Shown here: positions 1 through 14,042 of the stretch, piece by piece
Layout of the letters: the number at the start of each line of letters is the position of its first letter
Position numbering within the stretch: position 1 is the stretch's first letter
Origin: Balamuthia mandrillaris
Taxonomy: Eukaryota
NCBI GenBank assembly: GCA_031835245.2
Contig: JAVKOQ020000044.1
Coordinates: forward strand, 186,001 to 250,000
DNA: 64,000 nucleotides
Direction: 5' to 3'
Notes under the pieces: generated by a model
Seen by the model: only the letters and a program-made list of their open reading frames with translations
Told to the model about the DNA's origin: nothing
Databases searched by the model: none
Made by a program: the position numbers and the translations under genes

Positions 1-638
1 TACCTTCTCATAGAGAGAGCAGAGAGAGCAGAGAGATGGGGGGGTAAGGACGACGCGAGAAGGATGGGCTCCTAAAACAAACGTAATTACGAGACTCGAA
101 GAGAGAAAAAGGGCCAAAGAAAGCACCAAGACAACGCACAAAACCAGCCCCCCATTAGCTTGGCACCACCGCGTGCCCCACTACCCACCACCGCCGCCGC
201 CGCTACCCCAAGAAGAAGAAGAAGACCCACTGAGAGCACTGCCAGATACCGTTGCCAGTTCCCTCTACCGAGCCTCCTCCACGCTACTACGCATAGTTGC
301 TACGATCACTACTGCAACAACCAACTGGCAGAACTTTCCCCCATAACCACCACCAAGCAGTAGCCCAGCCACCAAGGAGCCCAACCAACCAACCAACCAA
401 CAACCAGCACAGCTCTACCACAAGCAGAAACTGGGCGCAACGTGGTTTTCTCCACCCACTGCGATAATATAAAATAGTTAAGCTGGGTCCACACCAATAG
501 TTTCTTAAATCCCATTTGAAGAGATAAACCCCCTTCCCTCTTGGCTTTTGCTTTGTGTGTTGCTTCTACTACTAGCCACAACAGTAAAAGCCAAGAAGCC
601 AAAAACATCTGCTGTTCTCTGACAACGGGCCACATGAC

Positions 639-3090
639 ATGCTGAGCGCAGAGACTAGTTGCGGTGTTCGCGGTGAGGAACAGCCCTCTCCCTCTTCCTC
701 TTCCACTTCCACTTCCTCCTCTGCACATAGCACGCAGAACAACCACCACCCCTCAGAAGGTACCATGGTGACCAACAGAGATAAGCTGAACGCTTCCACA
801 CAACGTACAGCTCCCTATGAGCCTCCCTCTCCTTCCTCCTCGTCCTCCTCGTCCTCTTTCTCTTCTTCCACGATTGCAACAACCACAATGGCAACAAACG
901 CCCCAGGAGCAGGAGTAGGGTCGGCACTACAAAAGAACCAGGAACCCGCAAAAGCGCCTCTTTGTACCACTACCAGTACCAACGCCACGAGGACGTCATT
1001 AGGGCTACCTCCAGCAGCTTCGTTGCCTTCCTCCTCCACCACTTCCAAAGGAGAGGAATGGCAAAGGCCGCACCCCTCCAACTACCCTTATCTCTATGAC
1101 CAAAACAGCGGCTACACTATATCCAAAGCTGGTTCTGCTTCCTCTCGCCCCCATTTTCACAACACTCGCTACGGCAGCCCCTCGGCTCAACAACAGCAGC
1201 AACAGCAAACGGGCTCTGTACCGTCATCACCCTCTTCCCCTCCGGTCAACAATATTGCTACTACCACCAACAGCTCTAACAGTACTGGCACTAGTCCACT
1301 TAGAGCAAGGACTAAACAACCCCCATCAGGACGCGAGGACCGTGACCAACCACCACCTCCTCCACTTTCTCCTAGTCAGTCGCCGCAATATCTTGTCTCT
1401 CCCTCTGTTACCGCTCCTCCTCTTGCTGGTGCTGGTGGTGCTTCCTCTGGATTTTTCTCCTCTTCTGCCTCCATCCAGAGGACCACACCACACTCGGCTC
1501 CTCCTTCTTCTCCTTCGTCAGCAACGACAACAACAGCGCCACCACATGCGCCTCCTGTCCCACGACCACCTCCCTTGCCCTATCTGACACCTGAACAGCA
1601 CGAGTTTTATTTGTACGAACGAGAAAGCCGTTGGGCTGAGGTTCCTTCTCTCTTCCTTTTTTTTTCTTTTACTCCACTTCTTCTCTTATGGTCTGCGCCA
1701 CATCCTGACCTCGGTAACACAATATGCAGCTACAAAAGTTAATTGCTTATCTACAACACTACTCCCTGAGCGAGCCTCCTAGGGTTGAGCTCTCCAAAAA
1801 GAAGTATTTTGATATCTATAACTTGGCCATACATTTGCTACACTGTGTGGAAGGACTTGACCCCGACCGTATGCGGAGGAATGAGGTATCTCTCTCGCTC
1901 TCTCTTTCTCTCTCTCTCTTTGCTGGTTGTTATCCTGTTTCTTGGGATTTTTTTGTGCATGCACTAAGTTTATTTCCTCCTGTAATGAATACCTCTTTCT
2001 GCAACAGTACTTCGCTTGTGGGCAAGCGTCGCCCTATACCTCTGCTGTAGTATCCCATCACAGCATTCCTTCCGATGCAGGACGGAGTCCTTCTCCAGTT
2101 GCCGCTCCAGAGCGAACCCATGGTGCAAATGTTCAGCGGTTGAACATGGCTCCAACTCCACCATATTACACAAGGTACTGGTTTAACTCTTGCCCAAGCA
2201 TCTAATTTTTTTCGACCCCCGTAGATGGCGCTTGTTTTCTGACCTCGCTTCTTCTTTATCTTTCCCACTTCTGTTTCAGCGAGCCAACCACCGGGATGAT
2301 GACAGAGCGATACCCTAACACAATGGGTAAGTTCTTCTGCTTCCTATCTGCTGTCTGATGGTGCTACAACGCTTGCTAATACTTCTTCCCGCTACTCCAA
2401 AGGATCTTCACGAGGAATAGGCCCACCAGATAATCAAATGCAATTTTCTCCTACAGGTCCCCATCATCCTTCTTCTCATCATCTATCACCTGCTGGCAAT
2501 TCTACGCCCATTCCCCTCAGCTCCATCAAATCAGATGCTTCCGTTGGAGTTAAGAATTTCAGCGGAGAGCTTTTCTTTGATAACATTCAATGCTCCGGCA
2601 ACGAAAAGAAAACTAAGCGGGTAGGGTATCTTCACAGTTTTTGTTATCTTTTGTATTGCGTGCTGCTCAATCCTTTCTTTGTGGCATAGCAGCGGCGGAA
2701 GAGATCTGGTACCTCCTCACGGAGGAACTTGCATTGCCATGCATGTGGCGTTACAGCCACACCCGAATGGAGGCGAGGACCGGATGGTGACCACACGTAT
2801 GCTTATCTTGCACTGCCTAGTCATCAATGCAGCCTTATTTAACACCTTACCGACCAATTGATTTGCTTTTGTTGCAGATTGTGTAATGCTTGTGGCCTCC
2901 ACTTTGCTAAGACTTTGAAGAAAGATCGAGAGCAAAGCCGGAAAACTACCCAAAAGAAACCCGCCAGTTCAACCTCTGCCAAAAACGCCAACAATAAGGT
3001 ATCCTACCTTATCTTTTTTTGTTAACCTCTTTCCCCTCTCCCTTCTTTCCATCCTCTCTCCCTTCTCTCAATCAGCAAGAGAAACCTTAA
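639..3090 (+). CDS. GATA zinc-finger transcription factor (multi-exon, long S/T/P/Q-rich N-terminus)
   Basis: Spliced exons at about 2691-2998 read RRNLHCHACGVTATPEWRRGPDGDHT|LCNACGLHFAK (C-x2-C-x18-C-x2-C GATA finger). Last exon QEKP* ends at 3090. Start could be 639 or 765. Confidence 0.85.
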
Positions 3091-3383
3091 CACTTGCTTC
3101 TTGAAAGAAACGTAAAACAAATCATAGCGAAACCCCCCAACAAAACAACGGCGATGTCACACAACCGGGACAAGACGCGCCAGCTTCCACTCTATTGCAG
3201 GATGGATGCCGAGGCAGTGGTGGTGTCGGGCCATCAGACAACAACCAACCACCCCCACCAGCTGCTGGTGCCACCAACGGAAATGCGCACACGTAGACGA
3301 TCGTTATTATTAGTATTGTTCAGATTGTCTCTCTCTTGAAAAATTTCCAGGAAGTGTAAAGGCTGAGGGTTCAATGCAAAGTC

Positions 3384-3424
3384 TTTGGCGGGAAGACCAC
3401 CAACCACTTTCCCCTTTTCCCGCC
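3384..3424. promoter_or_regulatory. Pair of inverted E2F-like sites upstream of RPA1
   Basis: TTTGGCGGGAA at 3384-3394 and TTTTCCCGCC at 3415-3424. Confidence 0.65.
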
Positions 3425-3564
3425 ATTATTTTTTTTTTGCTGCCACACAAACATCACCAGCAAACGGTTACTGCACCAAATCATCGCAACCAACCACCCA
3501 TTGCTTGCACCACCGAGTAAGTACCGCAAAGGTAGTTTAAACAAAGCAAGCTATCACAGTGAAG

Positions 3565-5901
3565 ATGAGTTCACCGCTCACGCGCGGCGCCATTGAGGCC
3601 ATCTATTCTCGCAAGCCATGCCATGCCCCTGTGGTTCAGGTTACTAATCTGAAGCTCATCAAAAGTTCCAACGCAGACGCAAATCAACCTCCTCGATACA
3701 GGTCAGTTCCCTTTTTTTGCCTTAATGTCTCTGTTATTATATTGCTAATAAAATCATCGTCGTCGTCTTTTGCCCTTCCGCCTTGCAAGATTGGTGTTGT
3801 CTGATGGACAGCACTCCCTCGCCGCTATGCTTGCTTCTCAGCTAAACCACATGGTGGAACACGGTCATATTGTGAAACTCTGCTTCTTGCGTCTCGATGA
3901 GTACCTATGTAATGAGGTTGCAGGAAAACGGTTGGTTTTTTCCCCACAACTTCTTTTGCGAACACTTTTCGTTGACTCTACTCCCTATTTCCTCTTTCTT
4001 TTGCTGTAGCATTGTGGTTATACTGGAATGTGAGCCCGTTGGAACCTCCAGCTCAATAATAGGGGACCCACAGCCTTTAGAATCTCAACAACCCCAGTCC
4101 ACGGGACCAAGCAACCAGGGCTTCACCATGAACCAACAGACCTCAAGTCGTCCTTCTTTCGGAAACCGTAGCCAAACATCTTCCTACTCACACGAGCCTC
4201 AGTTTAGCCCCGATGGTCAACCCATTGTTCCCATCAAGGCTCTCAATCCGTACATACCCAAGTGGACCATCAAGGCAAGGGTTACCTCAAAGTCAGACAG
4301 AAGACAGTTCTCTAATGCGCGGGGTCCTGGCTATCTAGTCAACGTTGAACTACTGGATGCAGCTGGCGGCGAAATACGCGCCACCATGTTTACCGACATT
4401 GTCGACAAATTCGATTCTCTCTTGCAGGAAAACAAGGTTCCTCCCCCCTCCCTCCCCCCCTTCCTTTTCGTCCTTTAAAGGAGATCTCACAGGTCCTGTC
4501 TATCACTCGCAGGTGTACATAATCTCTGGTGGTAGTGTGCGTTATGCAAACAAGAAATATAGTGCCAACATCAAGAACGATTACGAGATTACCTTTGATG
4601 CATCCACCACGATTATCCCCGTTAAGGATGAACAAGCCATCCCAAAAGTCAACTTCCACTTTGTCGAGATAGCAGATATCATTCAACAACCGAAAGATAG
4701 CATCATAGACGTAATTGGGATTGTCAAGGAGGTCGGCCAACTCGATTCCATTAATACAAGGGCTGGAGACCAACTCACAAAACGAGTTATCACTCTTGCT
4801 GACAATTCCCTATCCACTATTGATCTCACCGTGTGGGGAGAAAAAGCTGAACAGTTCAGCGCTACGCCAGGAAGCGTTCTTGCCCTCAAAGGTGTTAAAG
4901 TTTCCGATTTTAATGGTGCGCTGCTTTTCTATCCACGCGGTTACAACGTTACAGCTTGCTTCCTAACACTATCGTTCTTTTCAGTGCGCTCGTTAACTGG
5001 CTTGCGCTCAACCATCTATTCACTGGATCCAGAACTCCCAGAGGCCCATCGTCTTCAAACTTGGTTCTCCCTCTGTTTCTCTTTCTCACCTTAGTTACGT
5101 TTGTCTTTAGCTTACACGCATGTCTGTTCAACAGGTGGGATAGTGAGGGTGCCGCAACTGCTGATCGATTGAATACAGTAAGTCGCAGTGAATTCAAGAA
5201 AAGGTCAGAAGATGGAGCATTTGCGCCAAGGGAAGATATTCGCAAAACTTTCTCTCAGATAAAAGAGGAGAAGCTTGGTCATGAAGGGGTAGGTGCTTTC
5301 TCTACCTTCTCTCGCTTCTTTACTCACGGATCATACCCCAGCCCGTATTTTTCCGCTCAAGGGGTGTCATAACTGTTATCAAGAGAGACCAAACGAACCC
5401 ACCATGGTACATGGCGTGTCCGCATAAGGGTTGCAACAAGAAAGTGGTGTTGGTTTCTGGCACTGGCAAGTGGCACTGCAGCAAGTGTGGAACTGAATAC
5501 AGCGATGCAAACCCCAGATATATCCTCTCCATAACAGCCAACGACCACACAGGCTCCGCGTGGCTTACTTGCTTCGATGAGGCAGCCACTAAGCTGCTTG
5601 GCGTGCCGGCTCCACAAATGGATACCATGTTGCAAGAACGGGTAACTCCTTTCTTCGCCTTTCCTCCCCCTACCGTTGGGCTTTGTCTAATCCCTTCCTG
5701 CGATAACAGCGCTTGGCGGACTACGAGCAGGTCTTCCAAGCTGCATTATTCCGCATGTACAGCTTCACCATCCGTGCTGCTGAGATGCAGTATGAGAATG
5801 ACGCTAGAATCAAATGCACTGTCACTGCGGCCTCCCCCGTTGACTTTAAAGCGGAGTCTCGTTATCTTGCCAACCAAATCGAAAAGTATGCTCAGCTGTA
5901 G
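3565..5901 (+). CDS. RPA1: Replication protein A 70 kDa subunit
   Basis: LVLSDG..AMLASQLN, PIKALNPY..WTIKARVTSKSD, DVIGIV, ACPHKGCNKKV..WHCSKC zinc ribbon, RYILS..DHTG..WLTCF across GT-AG exons. Confidence 0.96.
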
Positions 5902-6078
5902 AAGCTGCGCACTCTGTTCTCTCTTTCTCAAAGAGTCCTTCAAGTCGTTAAATAAAGTATAATAGAAGAAGCACTCTACACCACACAAGGCACACTAACT
6001 GTGCCGCACCACCAGACCGACCTTCCGTTGTTGGTTTCTTGCCTTTGGATACTCCTCTTGCCCTGAATTTTCTTTGCG

Positions 6079-6825
6079 TCATAAACCCAACCGTTTTATC
6101 TCTCCGCTTAGCTTCATGTAGTCCCACGGTGAATGGTTTGGCGGGTGGTTTGTGTGAATTGTGTGCACAAAAGCAGAATAGAAGCATGAGAGAATTTACG
6201 TACCACACGCTTCACCCTTGCTAACTCGCTCTTTGAGGTTTGAGCACCGCCGGTCACGTCTTCAACGCGATAGGGATTCCTAATGAGCAGATCCTCGAAT
6301 ACTACAATCGTGTCTTGCTTCCAGTGACAGGGAAGTCTGTGAAACACAAGAAACCAATAAGTTTCAAAAAGGAGAAGATACAGAAAAACGGAGGGGGACA
6401 GAGGAAGAGAGAGAGGAGAGAAATGGGACAGAAGAAGTCTACGTTTTTGACAAAGCGTTGAATATGCGCTGCGCGTCTGCGGACACGCCAACGCCAATGC
6501 GTTTGGCTTCTTGTTTGGCTTCGTGGATAGCAGCTTCCTCTTTCGCTCTTACTTTGGTCATGTCCACCGGACCAGGTGGCCTCATCTCAAGTGGGGAGTG
6601 AGAAAGGATTTCCGTGTCCTGTATGAAGGCCGTATTGAGAACTCGATAGCTTTTCTTGGAGGTAGGGTTCTGACTTGAGGTGCACTGCAAAACAACACAG
6701 TTCGTGGCGTCGTCAAAGCAATAAACGTGGCCCTCTATCACTTCCCCAAAGGAAGTCCTAACGCGAGAGAGGATGCCATTCCGCCACTCAAAGGAAGAAG
6801 AGTTACTTGTTGTTTCCGTTTCCAT
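6079..6825 (-). CDS. LSM12: LSM12-like protein (Lsm plus anticodon-binding AD domain)
   Basis: GEVIEGHVYCFD..N.VVL; IGVGVSADAQRIFNALSKT|LPCHW..IVV..PY; last exon LSGEIKRLGL*. Confidence 0.88.
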
Positions 6826-7302
6826 CCACGATCTCCTTGTAGCCAGCAAAGTTTTTTAAAAAAAGGTGTATGTTGGTGGTGTTGTTGTTGTTGACGAGTA
6901 AACAGAAGGATGTCAACAAGTGAAACAGGCAAACGCTCCCTTCATCCAACAGGCAAGGTTGTGCGGTGTTGCGAGTAGGAAGTCGAGCGGGGAGTAGAGG
7001 GGCAGAAAAGTTAAAACTGGGTAGTAGCTATGGGAAGTTTCCTTTGCTGCGCCGCTCCTTCCACAAAACCACCTTCACCAACCAAACAAGCAACAAGCAA
7101 AGCAACAAAACAGACAAAACCGTGTTTGTTGTTGTTTCAACCTTGTTTGTTGCTTCCTTTTCTTGTCTCCTCTTCCTGCTGCTGCTGCTGCTGCTTCTTC
7201 GGCCAGGCTTCTTCTCCTTCGCCACACCCCCTGTTCAGCTTTTTACCAACTAACCCTCAAACATTAACATGAGGATGATGATGCATTTTATTCGCCTCTC
7301 TC

Positions 7303-9467
7303 TTACGGCACACCACCACCGCTGCCTCCAGTACAGGTATAGCGCCACGTGGAGAGAGCCCAAAGGGTGCTCGTGTTGGTGGCGGCGAAAGCACCACCGT
7401 CCCCAATGATCCTTCCCAGCTCTTCAGTGGAGAGGTGAGGGTACGAGCTGTGAATGAACCGGAAGCAGTCTTGCCTTCCTTCAAAGGCAAAGGAAGCTGG
7501 GCTCACCACCAGTAGCACCTTAACCCCCACCGCTAAACCATCCACCAATTTGTAGAACTCCTGTAGTGACATTCCCCCTGCGTCCTCCATCGTGATGCAA
7601 GGCCTTGTGGTGAAGGTGGAAGAGGATGTGGAGGAAGGAGAGAAGGAAGAAGATGAGGAGTTGGGGCAGGATAGGCGAGTAAGGCTTAGCAGGTAGCGAG
7701 GTGGCATGTAAGTACGGTAAAACACAACTATGATGGAGGGGTTATCGGCAATCTCACTATCAACCACTTTGGTGGTTAACTGTTCATGGGAATGAAGGAT
7801 GGGGCTAAGTTGGTGTATGGATGGAATGATACCTCCTTGGTGCATCACCCCAAAGAAAACCAGCATCGCCGTATTAAATGCAAGCCATGTGCACAGTACT
7901 GCCTTGCTCGCGTTCCCGCTCTTTTGAGCGGCTGACTTACCTTTGTATCTTGTTGTTCGCGTTGCGGTTGTCATAACGTAGTTTGCTGGGAATATGAAAG
8001 ATCCTGTGAGAACAGCCATTGGTGCTAGCTTCACGTGATAAGACCAGGTGCATGCCAACAGCATTAGAAAGCACAATCAATCAGGTGTCGGAGAACTGCC
8101 ACAGCGAAGAAAGCGTACCAATGGAACGAGAAAACGAGGTTCCTGATGAGGGGCCAACGACAAGAACCCCAACCCCGACAACAGGCATCCCCACATCACC
8201 ACCACCAGCAGGCCAGCGCCGTTACCGCTGCCACTTTGTTGATGGAGTTGACTCACAGTACCGCTGTCCTTGCTTCCTGGTCTCTTCGAGGCTTTTGAGG
8301 ATAATTCAGACGTAGAGAAGAAAACGGGTAGAATGGAGTAATGCTTGACAGAGATTAACAGCAGGAGAAGCATCGGGCCAAATAGCATTGGCATGTTGAC
8401 AACGGCATGCAAGTAGTTAGGGTGCAAGCCGTGTTGCGCCAGATTTTCGGGTCTAGCATTATAGAGTAGACTGTTCAGAGGAGTAATCGCCCATCCCTTA
8501 TCCTAACCGCAAACACAATCATTGGTTGTAAGTACATGTGAACATGTTGTCCCCTTCCCAAACATCATCAACGCATAGAAGTAGCTTCACCTTCAATATG
8601 TGCCATGTAGCCAATGGATTGGCCAGCAATCGGAACAGTTGCTGGAGGCTAACCGGTAGCTTCTCCTGCGGCATGTCATGCTCCATCTCCAAGTGCCGTG
8701 ACTGGGACTGATGCTGTTGGTCCAACATCAGGCCATAATAGGCACTGTCCAGCATTATCAGCATAAATACGGTGCTTGTAAAAGTCAGTGCACCCAACAT
8801 CAATGGACCAAGACCTGCTAACAACTTCTTGACAGCATAAAGTGATGCTAATGAGGGCGATTTGTGCTGAATATCCCATCGCCACGTTGCCTTGCCATTT
8901 ATGTACAGCCAATATAGAGCCAGCGGAAAGCTAAAGAATAAATAAGTAAAACGCGTAAAAAGGCCCAAAGCCGCCACCACCCCAACGCAGGCATTTCGCC
9001 ACAACGAACTCCATTTGCTGTCCTACAAAAACTGTTAAGGATTTTCGACAGGAATGGTGGTTGCTGAGGAGAAAGGTTAGGCACCAGATGTGGCCGCAGC
9101 ACAAGCGCAGCGGTCAGTGCTACTAATATGGATTCAAGCGTGTTGGAGAAAGGGCGTACATGGAATACCAGCATTACCCATGAACTCGCCAAAGTGTTGA
9201 GTATGGAGTAAGTTGGTAATCGCCATGCCCTGCAAAGGCTTCTCACTGACCAATCTTTGGAGGGAGAATAGAGACGGACAGCGATTAAGTTAACCAAAGG
9301 TAAGCACACACAACAGCAAAGAGATAATGGGGACCTACCAACAAGCAAAGATAGAAGCACCACAAAGAAGCGTGGAGCATACAGCAGGGCATACGAGTTG
9401 CTATCCTGAAGGGAGCCGCCTATGGAAGATGCTGTAGAGTTAGTTGGAGGGAGCGAGCGAGCGAGCG

Positions 9468-9502
<35 letters not shown>

Positions 9503-9935
9503 AAAGAGAGAGAGAGAACCAAAAAAAGGGAGATAAGGAGAGACGAGGCGAAGAAGGAACAACGGTAATCCTGAGACAAAGAGGCTACAAGAAGGCCAAA
9601 AAAAGGAGTGAGGGCGGGTGAGTTGACAGGAAAGGAAGGAAGGAGGAAGAAGGTGGGAGTACGTACGGTGGGAATATACTGCGACAAGGAAAAGAAGGAT
9701 CAAACTCCCAGGCCATGTAGCTTTGTCTGTGTGGAAACACAAGGGTACTGGCCACCTCTCCCGACTGGAAAAACTCATCAGGGTGGACGTAACCTGGCTG
9801 CACTACCAATGCAATCCTCAGCGCCACCAGCCCCCAATACAAACACCGTTCTAACGTTTCAGTGTTGAGGGTGGTGTTGCTGCCATTGGCTGTATGATGG
9901 TGTGGTTTAACCTCTTGTTGTCTTTGGTCTCCCAT
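7303..9935 (-). CDS. PIGZ: GPI mannosyltransferase 4 (PIG-Z/Smp3, GT22 family)
   Basis: GYVHPDEFFQS.EV, RPFSNTLES, PHQEPRFLVPL, HQGGI, TYMPPRYLL, PHLSTE; many hydrophobic segments. Confidence 0.92.
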
Positions 9936-10223
9936 GGGCGCGGGGTGGTGCTGGTGAGTTGTTGGTGGTGCCCCGTTCCTGCTCCTCCTGCTCACTTCCG
10001 CAGTGTGTCGACACATATCATGGGGAAACGACCACGCACGACCTAACTTGCCAAGTGTCTGCTGCAAAGTTCATAGAATACGTTGGACGCAATGGCACGC
10101 CCACGATTTCCCGTTATGCAATAATTAATGTACGAGTCGGAGGGTTGGTTCTTCTTCGTGGGTGCCATTACTGCCTGCAAGTCCCAGCTGCGGAACTCCC
10201 CGCCACAAGCCCCCAACACAACA

Positions 10224-10255
<32 letters not shown>

Positions 10256-10315
10256 GCGACTGCTGACCTCCTCCCCAAAGGGACTTGCACACACAACCAA
10301 AAAAGCCCGCCACAA

Positions 10316-12818
10316 ATGCTAGGCAAGAAGAAGAAGGACAAGAAAAGCAAAGAAGAGCAGAGAGCGGAAGAGGAAACCAGCCAGAGGCCCGTACTTGTCG
10401 GCGCGCCAGAGATCCAAGCCTCCGAGCTCGAGTACAAAGCCAAGATCGGAGAGGGGGCCTTCGCGGAAGTATTTTCTGGAAAATGCAGAGGTAAAGAGCT
10501 TCCACCGCGAGCTGTTGGTTAAGAGGGAGAGAAGGAGGTCGCTCCCCTGCTTTTTGTGTCGGTTGTTGTTGGAACATCACTGACGAGTTACTGCTGCTTA
10601 GGCCTTCACGTCGCCATCAAGAAACTAAAACAACAGAGGCTCTCGGAGGAGGCTACTGAGACATTCAAAAAGGTGTGCACCCTCCTTCTCACGATTGTAA
10701 AAGAACATGCCGCTATTTATCACTTAATTTTTTTGTTTCTCGGTCTTTGCTTGACCACTCGCATACGCGTTTTACAATGCAGGAGGTGGAGCTTATGTGG
10801 TAAGTAAAAAATCTTTCTTCTTTCCCACCTCTGTGTTTTTTTTCCGAGAGCTTACTTACGCAACGAAAACAGCGGGATAAGACACCCGAACGTGATCCGT
10901 TTTTTGGGAGCATGCACCTCCGAGGGAGAAGTAGCTTGCGTCATTGAATATATGGCCAACGGTTGCGTGGAGGATCTCCTCAAGGACAAAGGCCAACCTC
11001 TCAGCACTGTCCGCAAGTTATCCCTTATCAGAGACATCGCTCTTGGCATGAATTGGTTACACAGGTCCATTCCTCCTATCATTCACAGAGGTCTCTCGTT
11101 CTCACATTCTCCCGTTTCCCGTTCTCCTGTTTCACATGCTTGCTCTCATCCTCTCATGCTTTCATTCTCTCCTCTGCGTCTCTCTTCTCTCTTCTCTCTT
11201 CTCTCTTCTCTCTTCTCTCTTCTCTCTTCTCTCTTCTCTCTTCTCTCTTCTCTCTTCTCTTTTTTCCCTTCTTCTGGAGATATTGACCCATCTTTTTGCA
11301 GACTTAAAACCTTCAAACTTGTTGCTGGATGCAAACGAACGGGTTATTATTTGTGGTACGTTACTTTATCTCTTTTTGAAAGATGTTCTGCTGATGCTTG
11401 ATCGTGACAAACAGACTTTGGCTTGAGCATTACATCGCCTTTCGGTGTTAGCATTCGAGACGAGAAAGTTATTCGCGGAACGGTTAGTATATTCTCACTT
11501 TAGGTTCGTTATCAAATCCATTGAGATAAACAATTCTTTCACCGTTGCAGCCTCTTTACATGCCACCCGAAGTCATGCAAGGGCAAGACATTACTACTAA
11601 ATCGGTACGTTGAACTTCATCTTTCTTTACCAACGAGAACATTGATTTTAGCGTTTTCATTTGTTGCAGGACGTATACTCTTTTGGTCTGGTGATATGGC
11701 AGGTCTGTATTTAATCTTACTATTTGAATTTCAACATCAGCCTAACCGTCATATGCGCCTCTAGATTATGACAAGAAAGCTTCCTTTCAAAGACCTTGTG
11801 CAAAAAGGAAGCTTCAAAATATTTAGCCAAGCTGTCATCGAAGGACAACGCCCTTCACTTAAAAAATTCCCAGAGGATTGTCCTCCTTCTCTCGAGGCGC
11901 TGGTTCAGGCATGCTGGGCTACTGATCCCCACGACAGGTCTCTCGCACCACTGAAAAAAACTGTGACAGTCACTGATAGGATTAACATTCTTTAGGCCAA
12001 GTTTTGATGTCATTTTAGACGCGCTGGAAGAGATTATCATTGAAGCAAGTATTAGTGACGTTCACGGCAGGGCTTTTTGGAAGGAACACTTTTTGGGACA
12101 AGAAGAGGTAGCATGGAAAACATTTTCCAAGGCCATTCGCAACACACAGATATTTGGTGTAGAGGATTCATCTTCCAAGTCAAGGGAGCTGTTGTGTCTA
12201 ATGGCTGTGTTAGGTATACTCCTGTTATCGACTAAATGTTCAAGCCATTCGCTTACTTCCTATCTACGACACCAGCTAAGGACGGTACCGGTCCCGTCAC
12301 TATGAAAAGGTTTGGAGATTTTTGTGCCTGGTTCGGACCGCTGCAATCCAGCAAGAAGAACCTTCCCGTCAGCAAGAAAGTGTCTGATTTGCTACAAAGA
12401 GCGTAAGTGCTCGACCTTCCTCCTCTCTATATAATTTTTCTAAACACAAACTTGCGAATAGGTATTTCCATGGAGACATGTCATCAACCGAAGCAGAAAC
12501 AAGGTACGCTCTCTCAATATTTCGCAAACTGATTGTCGTGGGCCTAACCTTATTCCAATTTTTTCACAAAGGCTGGATGGTGGAGGTATGAACGGCCAGC
12601 ATATATTTGACACATTAAGTGATTTACCTGCTAATTGCTCCTCTTCTCTTGAAACAATGTAACAACAGAACCAGGCACATTCCTCATTCGCTTCAGCAGT
12701 ACAGAACGAGGAGGATATACCATATCCCACGTGACCAAGGAAAATGTATTGCAGCACCAGAGAATCTACTTCCAACCAGAGGAGGGCTTCCAAGTGCGGC
12801 TGCGTTCTAAAGCTGTAC

Positions 12819-12874
<56 letters not shown>

Positions 12875-13079
12875 CCCACAAACTCGATGCAAACTATACC
12901 AGGAGGGCGGAAGGATGACAGTCTATGCATCAAAGAGAACACATCTCCCCGACTTTGTAAGCAAACTGAAGGACCACCTATTCCTGATGCATCCATGCGG
13001 TGGTTCTAAGTACAAATCCATCTTTACAATGCAAACGGACGTGAAGGGATACGATTTGGATGGAGGCCGAAAAACATAA
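10316..13079 (+). CDS. TKL protein kinase with C-terminal SH2 domain (Dictyostelium SHK-type)
   Basis: IGEGAFAEV, VAIKKL, RHPNVI, IHRDLKPSNLL, DFG, GTPLYMPPE; SH2 FHGDMSSTEAETRL..PGTFLIRFS. Confidence 0.92.
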
Positions 13080-13268
13080 TCCTTCCCTCTAAAACAAAAA
13101 CCTTACGTCAGCTCTGGTGGAGAGGAGCGGAACAGCCTTGCTGTGTAAAACGCACATAACACTCCCGTAACCTTACTTTATGTACAACAAAACAACAAGG
13201 AGAAACAGAGGACCAAACCTTCTCCTTTCCCTCTATTAACGTAGGTGGTACGAGGAAAGGTGTTTGAA

Positions 13269-13994
13269 TCAGAATCGGATGACATCAACAGTAACATGTT
13301 TGGCCATAGGGAAGGGTCGTTTGCTGGCTTGGCCTTCCTCTGCCTTCACTTCAAGTTCCATGTTGCTGTCGTTCTCCTGCTGCTGTTGCAGGTGAGAGGG
13401 TGGTCGCACCTCAACAAGGGCATAGGTTCCACTGATTCCATCAGAGACGTGTCCAGGATTAATGCAGCACGCCACTACTTCTTGTTTATCATCATTGCTG
13501 TTGTTGGGTCGCTGTGTCACCTCTTCAACATAAGGGGCCAGCCTTGAGGATGGTAGTATAAGCAGGTCAGGTGTGCAGGGCATGCGAAGCCACTCCACGT
13601 GGCTCGAGTCTAGCGGTATATGTAAGGCTGTAGGTAGCATAGGATAGTAACTGAGAGCAGTAAACTTGAGTCAGTAATCAGCAGAAAATGGCAATGATAG
13701 AGAAGTACTTGTATTTAAAAGATAGTTTTAAAAATACCTGTGTTGTTGCAGAATATAACCAGCGAGGCGTGGTATCGTGGTATCAACCTCTCCCCTAATT
13801 TTGTTGATGCCTCAAAGTCAGTTGAGTAAAAGCATAAAAGATGCAAAAAAAGTTACCTGCAAAGCTCGTGTTCATTTATATCAGCGAGTATATCAGCGGA
13901 GGTGATGCCTAAGACCACCCCGTTGATGCATACCGTGCAAGGATTACTCAACCAATGAACGTTTGTCTAGCCAATAAAGGTTAGTCCAACAGGT

Positions 13995-14042
<48 letters not shown>

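Noticed and set aside
2999..3075. GATA gene last intron starting GTATCCTA
   Set aside because: Imperfect U12 donor and no properly placed U12 branch point; treated as U2-type.
9023..9084. PIG-Z intron with TCCTTAAC near the 3' end (second U12 intron?)
   Set aside because: Donor is GTGCCT, not the RTATCCTT U12 consensus.
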